The notes below the pieces were generated by a model. The model was not told the DNA's origin. It was given only the letters and a program-made list of their open reading frames with translations, and made no database searches. A stretch of DNA of 64,000 nucleotides, from contig CM097885.1 of NCBI GenBank assembly GCA_044892525.1, forward strand, positions 46,378,001 to 46,442,000, read 5' to 3'. Shown here piece after piece: positions 55,301-64,000 of this stretch. A program made the position numbers and the translations under genes. The DNA comes from Schmidtea polychroa (Eukaryota). Positions within the stretch are counted from its first letter, which is position 1; each line of letters opens with the position of its first letter.

Positions 55301-56177
55301 TTATTTTATTACTTTATCGTTTTTATTGGTTTTTTCTTTTTCTTTTTAATTAATTAATTTCAATTTTATAATTTTATTTCCCAATCCCGATCATCTGGTT
55401 AATCGCGTTCATCCGCAATTTTTATTTTAGGCGTTTTCTTGTATCTTGTCTTTTTTCCGCGATTATTTTGTTTGAATACGCCTATCGTGTGTTTCGTGTG
55501 CAGCTTCTTGCTGTTTTCATTTTATAATATTTATTTTAATTAATTTCTTCGTGTTATATTTTTTTTTGTTTTATTTGATGTTTTTTCATTATATTTTATT
55601 TTAGTTATTGCTTTTTAATTGATTATATTTTCATTTTTAGCCGACTTTTTCATCTCACCTAATTTACTTATTTAAAACAAAACAGAAGGTTTCTTTCTAG
55701 CGCAACACTACTGATTTATTATTGAATTTATTGAAAAGGGTTTGGATGGTGGGTTGAAATAAGGGTTAAAGTTATCGTTCATTAGTGGGGTGCTTTCTTC
55801 ATTTATGTTTATAATTCTTTCAAATATTCGATCACCTTCTTGTCGAAAATTTTTTGTCCATTAGTTAGATTTTTATCTTATATTATATTATTCTTCAAAA
55901 AAATTAATTTGATTAAGGATATGGCTTAATGTGTTCAGCCAAAAGTGCCACTATTCTTTATACCTCTATATTAGGTATGCTAAAATAAAGTGGTTAAAAA
56001 TATTTTTGTTTTGTTTTTTGCTTCTGGCAGCAGTATGTTAATGTGCATGTTAATGTTGTGTAGGTCGTTTTATATTATAAAATGTCGTGAAATGTTATAT
56101 TAGGGAAATTTGTAGATCTCAGCAGAGTCTCCTTTAAAAAATGTATCAAGACAACTGAGGTTCTTTTATATGTGTGC

Positions 56178-56180
<3 letters not shown>

Positions 56181-56264
<84 letters not shown>
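56181..56264. repeat. (TA)n microsatellite
   Basis: pure TA run. Confidence 0.95.
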
Positions 56265-56270
<6 letters not shown>

Positions 56271-57244
56271 TTTAAGTAACAACTGTTATAAAAAAGAAAT
56301 GAAATTTTAAAATGATTTATTGTGAACCTGCTCATGAATCCCACTCATGTATAATCGACCTGACACTACTACCCAAGTATATGTGGTATGTCTCGTGCCA
56401 GAATCGATAGACACACGGGCGCAATGATTTAAGAAAATTTAGGAATGTGGTGGTAAAGACATAAATTCAGCCAACAGCCGATTTTCTATTTCAAATAATT
56501 TGAGACGTCACCGATGTCGACATCTCAGATTAGGAAGAGAGAATCTCTACTATTAGCACACACCGACATATATATATAGTGTGTAGGATTCCAGTAAGGA
56601 TTCCATTTTTATTGAAATAATTTTTTTGTATTCCATTATGCTGAAATACCAAAGTTGGAACACCAGGAACACATTTACTCTTAAGTTTATGAATTGTATT
56701 AATTTACTATTTACATATCTCCCCGAATGATTGCCCATAAAGCAAACGATAGTTACATTCTTCTTAATAATGGTTCTAGAAAGAACCATTGAACAAGCTG
56801 TAGCGACTTTTCTTTTATATTTAAACGTAAATTCGATGAACCTAAGTTTAATTTTTTGGGAGGTGGATATTATTAAGTGTTGGGAACCGATGAGATCACA
56901 TGGAGTTAGGACGATAAAACTGATGGTCAGGGAAATAAAGAATTCTAGTCGAAGTGACTAGCTCACCTATTTTAACATTCACCTAAATCTGAGATATTTT
57001 ACATTTTATGGCATTTGGTTTATTATAAACTGTTAATACACTTTTTTTCATTATAGTTTTTTTTACTAAATAATTTAAATTTTTGAACGGTTTTAGAAAT
57101 GCAGCAAAACCGGTATTCCCACTAATAAAGTCATTAGTTTATGCAATTCAAGTGTCAATATGCGTGTTGCCCAATCGATTTTGTGTTTTAAATTAAAACC
57201 GGGTTGATCAACAGTCTGTTTAAAAGGTTCCCTGTCATTTGATT

Positions 57245-57330
57245 GAAGATTATTTGGTCGAACATCATGTGGTCGAAGTTCAGTTAATCGAAATTCGTTT
57301 TGTCACTGTTCATTTGGTCGAGAATTCATA
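57245..57330. repeat. 15-bp-period tandem repeat (MULE/foldback-type end)
   Basis: recurrent CATTTGGTCGAA-like units, same architecture as 12451 and 12957. Confidence 0.5.
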
Positions 57331-58909
57331 ATTTTACTTCTTAGAATACTGTGACTGTATTACGCTTGTATGTTGCTTATATATTGACGACAAATTTAAA
57401 GGTGGAACTCGTACTTAGTAAAACAAATCCTACCGCAATTGAAATACTACTGCCTAGATGAATCGCGCATTTAAGCCATAAAATAATTGGTAACACTGAA
57501 ATTGTGATAAATAAGGAAAAACGAATTATCACATAATAACTGAAGTTCTTGTTTTTGAAAAATAAGTCTGTAGAATTAAAATTATATGCATTTTAAAATT
57601 TTTCAATCTTGTTTTTGAGTGGAAATTATTTCTGAAAAATTTTAAGTTTTTTCGAAAGTAGAGTTATTTTGCTATGTAATTTTCGCTATTGCCAATAACA
57701 ATCTTGTGCTTATCTGAAAATTAATTAATTATTAAGTAAGAATTTTCCCTGACCTTGATGACATAATAACTTTTGTTTAAGTAGGTGAGGGATAAAGGAA
57801 ATTCTTTCTAGCTGATTATCTATCGACGAAGGATTTCTAAGTTTGAGAATGGAGGCCTGAAATATTAGCACTTTTAGAATTGGTAAACATAATATGATAT
57901 CCGAATTTTTAATGTTATTTATGACTATTTTCACCACTTTTAAATTAAAACCAACTAAAATAAACTATGTTAATGAAATAACTGTTTGAATTTTGTATGT
58001 TTTATATTAAAATAAGATTAAGACATTTATAACCAATATTTAGGTAAAGATAATAATTTTAATATGATAAGTTTGTGTTTTGGATTTAAATATTTTATAG
58101 TAAACGATCAACCCAGATCAACATATGTAATATACTCACAAATAAATGTCGTAAACAAAATGAATGATGATATATTTTCAGCTTATGGGGGATATAAATT
58201 AGATATTCGAATTAATGCAGCCCTTCGTGGACGAAGGGTACAAAATATGTAGTTTAATAAAGTTTACATTATGCTAAAGCATTACTAAAGCACCCGGAGA
58301 ATGTAGTTTTCCCATGATTCGCGTCATTAGGGCATAGAGTCAAGGTACCTAAGTGAAGTCGGGCACAGGCCTTCTAACGACAGCCCGCGAACCCATTCGA
58401 ATGCTTGACAATTATTACAGAGGTACTTCTGTCAAGTATTCCCCATGCGAAACATTACCAACCGTTCATCACTCAACGGGTGTTGAATGGTTAAACAAGT
58501 CTTTGTATCTTGAGTGTGTCGGAAACGATGTGGGTTACCTGTGACCCACCAAGAGTAAATTTGTAAGTGTCGACAAGCTAGGACAAACGCAGAAATAGTG
58601 TTTCTCCACTCGTAGCCCCCGACAGTAATTCTGACACCACGAGTTTATAAGTTAATATGCCATTTAGTCGAATAACGTGAGGTGATTTTATTGCAGTTAA
58701 CTATGAGTCGAAGAAGCGATCCTAAAGTAATCAAAATAAATCAAATCCGATTGTAACAATCGAATGTCTAACCTGTGAATAAACACTTGTGAAACTAAGT
58801 ATATTTATTTTTTGTTTAAAATAAAGTTATTTTGTTGGGATTCGAATTTATTTGCTTAATAATTTAACACGAACCAAATCGTGAGCTAATTCCTATCAAC
58901 AAAACCACT

Positions 58910-59400
58910 ATTATCCAAAAAAAATAATGTCATAAAAATAATTTATTTTGAAAATAATAAACTTGATATTTTACTGACAAATTATAAGTAAAATATTAAA
59001 TAAATTTATTTTATACTGTGTAATTTTTTCAGCTTCATTACTTGACATTTTATTTATTTTATTTTATTATTTTAGTCAAAAAAATAATTGAAATAAATTT
59101 TTAAATAGAGTTTTTAGGCTTTTTAGAAATATATTTTTAAAAGTATTTTTGTGAATTTTTAAATAAGGATAATATTGATTGAACAAGTAAAAAGCTGTTT
59201 ATTTTTTAGTACACAGCCCTTAAGTCTTTATATTTTACATTTTGTAATTCCACATAAAATATCATGTAAAAATCTACGTAAATTTAGGAAATTTATCATA
59301 TTTGGTGAATGCAAAACTTCAATCAAGTTGAGACTTGCGATTATTTTAGGTTAAAAAACAAATAATTTATTCTATTTATTTATAACATATTTATTTATAA
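58910..59400 (+). repeat. copy 1 of a ~480-bp diverged direct repeat
   Basis: colinear with 63183-63660 (e.g. TAAACTTGATATTTTACTGACAAATTATAAGTAAAATATTAA, AAAACTTCAATCAAGTTGAGACTTGC). Confidence 0.85.
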
Positions 59401-61699
59401 CAAAACTAGAAAAAACAAAAAGTAGTTTAACTGAAACCAAAAGACAATTATGTAAAAATGCAAAAAAATTCAAATCGAAAAGGAAAGAGTGGAAAAGTAC
59501 AAGAAATAAATAAAAATATATAAAATAAATTAAGAGAAAAATATATAATAGAAATTTAATTAAGTAACAGAAAATGTAAATAAGATAATTAAAAAAAACA
59601 AGAAAATGAGAAATACAAAAACCGCTAATTAAAACCAAAAAAATCAATGGTTATGCAATTGAAATGCAAATGAGTCCAATATTGATTCAAATAAGGACAA
59701 ATGGAGTATCAGAGCAACCAGTTTAGAGGGAAAGCTATAGAAAATAGGGAGAATAAAAATTCAAGAAAGAAAGGAGAGAAAATACGGAAACCCCTCAAGA
59801 GAAACACAGAAACGGACAAAACAGGAATGTTACAACCAATGCAAACAATTCAGTGATTACTAATTTGAAAAGCAATTCGAAACCGATTGTCAACAGTAAG
59901 CTTATAATAGTATTTTTCTTTGAAATAACTTATAAATTTACTAATCACAGGCCAATAAATTTATCGTTTTATTTGTTTGAATTTATAAATTGAAATTTTA
60001 ATTTTCAATAGGTCAAGGCCCTTTTAGGTATTCCAGTAGAGCAACCACAAGGCGATCATTTTGATTATTTTTTATGATGAAAATGTAGGTTTTAGAGTAG
60101 AAAGAAATTATTGTTGCTGAAGGAATTTCATTCCCGAGAACGAGTAAAGCTTAGCCGATGTAGGACATGATGCCATGACATTTCAAAGCAGCGATTGAGA
60201 CAGGTTTTGTTTAGTTTTTTTTGTTATTGTTTCCTTTTCAATTAGTGAATTAAGTTTAATGAATTAAATTAAAAGTTTCATAATAATAAAAATATATTCT
60301 TTATAAAGTGCAATTAGAATAATTTAATCTTAACTTTTCAATACTCACAAGGCAGCAAAGGCGAAATGATATCATGATGTTGTACCTACTCTTGATTGGT
60401 TGGCAAAAAAGTTTCGGGGGAGGCCAATAGTGAATACTCGAACAAGTTTCCAGACCTGGATCTCATACATCAGAAATGAACAATAAAATGGATCAGATAA
60501 ATAAATGTGCAGGACGACAAAAGACATTCTGGGAAGGCAGATGAGTAGCTCGATGAAACAAATACAACACGAATACAACACAAGTAGTTAGAATTATTAT
60601 AATATTATTGAGATTTATTACAATTTTTCAGTCTATGATTTCATTAATTTTCATTATAATTTTGTTTACTTATGATTTGGTAGAAAGAGGTGTCGAACTA
60701 AAGAGCCGAATACGAGCAGCAATCAAGTTAGAGGCAAACCGCGTCTCAAATCAGGAATGTAGATCTAAGGATGATTTTAGAATTTCTTTTTAATAACTTT
60801 GAATTTAAATTCCATTTCATTTTCATCGAGTATTGTAGTTGCTCAAACGAAAATAATAGTAGCATAACAATAATATAATAAAAATCTTAGTATAATCATA
60901 ATATCAAAGTAATAATAGATAGCATAATAATAATAACATAACAATAATGAAACGGTAATAATAGAGTAATAACAGGCGGTAGTTTGCTAATGATGATTTA
61001 ATATAAAAATTAATAAAATAGAAAATGGATCAAAACAAACAGTATATATTTATTAGCCAAAACTAAAAAATTTTATAAACGATGCATTACTTTATTTTAT
61101 TATTATTTCCATTTAACCCAATAAAACATTTTTCAATTATTATAAATTGTAGTACGAATAACATCGCGTTCCAATGCTAATTAAAACCAAAGATTTTTTC
61201 TTATAGTATGGATCAAATGGAGAAATTCCACCGGAACGTGGCGTAATACACCTCAGAAGTGTCCCTTCGAGTCAAAGGGTTCGAGTCTCCGGTCTGGAAA
61301 TGCAGAAAGCTCGAGGCGGTATGGTTCCGACCGGAACATGTTCGCATGCTCCAACAACGAATTGAATCCGTCAAACCATCCGAGAACAAGCTCAGGAAAT
61401 TATAGAGCTAATGTCAACGAGAATCTATAATCTTCAAAGTCGATCTCGAATATTAACTGTGTGATGTGAGCATCTACAATATATCATGTTAGCGGAATCA
61501 CAGATAATTCCACAGAGAACGTTATTTTTAATCTCGCATTTTCAATAATTTGAAGTTCGTATTTGTGCAAGTACAACATAGGGATAGTAAGATAAATGAC
61601 AGTGACTAAAGGATTAAAAAATTCACAATGATGAAGGGATAAGAGAAAAACCATATTTTGTCCTAAAATTAAAGCAAGATTTGAATTTGCATTTGTGCA

Positions 61700-62893
61700 G
61701 TAGATTGTTGACAACCCTGAAAAAAGACAATTTGACAAATGGGAGTTAATAGTTAGTATAAATGGAGCGTTACGCGATACGTGTTTTCATTATTGAACAA
61801 TAATTCAAAAATAATGAAAGTTTGGCGTCCACAGTTCAAAAATTTTATACAAAATATCGGAAGTGTTTTAACTTTGTCAACTGTGAAGAGATTAATTGAA
61901 AAATTCAGGGAAGTTGAATCAGTTGGACTGGTCGTCCAAAAACAAGCCGTTCAAATGTCAATATTGAAGCAGGGCGTGTTGGTGAAAATTCCAGAACATC
62001 AATTCGGTGTCGTGAACAAGAATTGCAAATTTCAAGAAGCTCAATTTTTTAAATTAAAAGCATGCTTAATTCGAATATGAATTCTAAAAAATACAATTAT
62101 TGATTTGATGTTTAAAATTGTGTCCGGGCCACATCAAAACGCTTCGCGGACCACCGGTTGGCCATGGCTGTCCTAAATTATCATTCAATTTTTATTTATT
62201 GCTATCAATATGGTTCTATTGTTTTCAGTTTATTGTTGGTTTAGTTGATCTTCCCATGTTGGTAGTCCTATCTTAGATAAGAATCAAGATACTAATGGTA
62301 AGATAAAAAAATGTTTCTCGAGGCTTTTATTGTTCTTGGCGCAACTGTACTTTTTTTGAAAATGAGGCTTGTCAATCAGTCACTGGTGTTCTATATCACG
62401 ACTTGATAATACAGTTCTTTCTGTCAAAATTGGATGATACTGATGTGCCCAATATGTGGTTTCAACAAGGCGGTCTCAAATGCCATACAGCCCGTGAAAT
62501 AATTCAATAACTGCATGAAACATTTGCTGGTCGTGTACCCTCACGTTTCGGTGATAAAAATTGGTCCCCAAGATCGCGTGATTTACCACAGTTAGATTTC
62601 TTTTAATAGTTATTTGAAGTAAAAGTTATGTCAACATTCTCGCAACCACCCGTGCATTACATGAGGAAATTAAAAGCTGCATCAACGAAATTCAGTCACA
62701 TTTATACAGAATGGCCATGGAAAATCAAAACGAGTGCGTATGTGCTAGAAAAGTCGTGGAGGAAATTTTCCGATGTTATTCCATAAATAACCCTATCCTA
62801 TGTACTTTATGATTCAATAAAAAAATAACAACCTAAGACTAAAAACTGTTTTCTATGTAATTCAAATCTTGCGTTAATTTTGAGACAACCTTT
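61700..62893 (+). mobile_element. Tc1/mariner (DD37D/DD41D-like) transposon remnant
   Basis: STVKRLIEKFRE..GRPKTSRS, MWFQQ, NWSPRSRDLPQLDFF, SRGGNF; terminal TTTTGAGACAACCTT-TA; 3' end repeated at ~63870-63950. Confidence 0.75.
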
Positions 62894-63182
62894 AAGTTTC
62901 TAAGTGAAAATTTCCCCACTCGTAACCCATCATAAATATTTTGGGCTCAGTAGGGATTTGAAGTTGTTTCTGTCGAAAAACAAACAATTGCGTTGATAAT
63001 CACTCAAAAGATTAAAATTATGAAAGTGATGATGATGACAGTGATAAAGTGAATAAAGATAAATGAGTTACAAAGGAAAGTCAAATTTTGTTCAGACTTG
63101 TGTTAGTTTTATTATAATAGTCTTTATTTTGTTTTAATAAACCAATTATTTGATAAATCTAATTCCTATAGACAAGATATTT

Positions 63183-63660
63183 ATTATCCAAACAAATAAT
63201 GTCATAATAATAATTCAAATAATTTATTTTGAAAATATTAAACTTGATATTTTACTGACAAATTATAAGTAAAATATTAAATTAATTTATTTTATGATTT
63301 GCAATATTTTTCAGCTTCATTACTTGACATTTTATTTCATTCGACTCTAAAAAATAATTGAAATAAATTTTTAAATTTAGTTTTTAGGCTTCTTAGAAAT
63401 ATATTTTTAAAAGTATTTTTGTAAATTTCTTAATAAATATAATATTGATTGACCAATTTAAAATCTGTTTACTTTTTAGTATGCAGCCCTTATGAAGTCT
63501 GCAACTATCTTTATATATTTTGCATTTTGTAATTCATCAAATAAAATAAAAATACATGTAAATTTAGCAAATTTATATTATATTTGGTGAATGTAAAACT
63601 TCAATCAAGTTGAGACTTGCTATAAATTGAGGTTAAAAATCAATAATTTATTTATAACAT
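63183..63660 (+). repeat. copy 2 of the ~480-bp direct repeat
   Basis: colinear with 58910-59400. Confidence 0.85.
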
Positions 63661-64000
63661 TTTTAAGAATCAAATAATATATCAATTATGTTTGGAAAAA
63701 TTGAAAGCAAGAAACACGATTAACATAATCACTACAGATAATTTCACAACTGGAAACTCCAAATGTCCAAAAATAAAAAACTTCAAACTATTCAAACTTC
63801 AAGCTTCCAAAATCGAACCTGATTTTTTATTGTAACGTGTATTGTACACAATTAAATGTGCCGGCAAAATCGTGGAGGCCATTTACCAGATATGTTATTC
63901 CATAGATAACTCTATCCTATATACTTTATGATTCAAAAAAAATATAATAATCTTAACCGGTGTTCCGCGAAATTTCAATTTTAAATGTATTGAAAATTAG

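Noticed and set aside
56553..56961. Possible host gene (CUB-like IKLRFIEF stretch)
   Set aside because: No convincing domain pattern or exon chain
61236..61300. tRNA or SINE head (TGGCGTAA...GGTTCGAGTC)
   Set aside because: Box B-like motif present, but box A is poor and I could not build a cloverleaf

Overview
Very AT-rich (ATT-microsatellite-rich) animal genomic DNA, not prokaryotic. The ~45-58 nt introns, TE content and composition suggest a triclad planarian, which is an inference. Positions 1-41694 (+) hold the 3' ~1245 codons of unc-13/Munc13, the synaptic vesicle priming factor. I reconstructed 27 phase-consistent GT-AG exons covering the CaM-binding motif, C1, C2B, MUN and C2C; the gene start lies upstream of the window. 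Two splicing features stand out. First, two tandem 128-nt paralogous exons (14182-14309 and 14644-14771) each encode the Ca2+/phosphoinositide-binding loop 3 of C2B and can only be used mutually exclusively. Second, there is a 9-nt microexon (VIQ, 2291-2299) just before C1. The introns contain many TEs: Penelope-like elements with minimal hammerhead ribozymes, hAT/Tc1/pogo/MULE/Merlin/piggyBac MITEs with clear TSDs, and a mini-element with Maverick-like termini. Downstream of the gene are two solo LTRs, a decayed hAT, a Gypsy-like gag remnant, a compact cassette of small decaying genes sharing a CTGATTGG...TATA promoter motif, a Tc1/mariner remnant and a ~480-bp direct repeat pair. All calls were made by eye; no searches were run.
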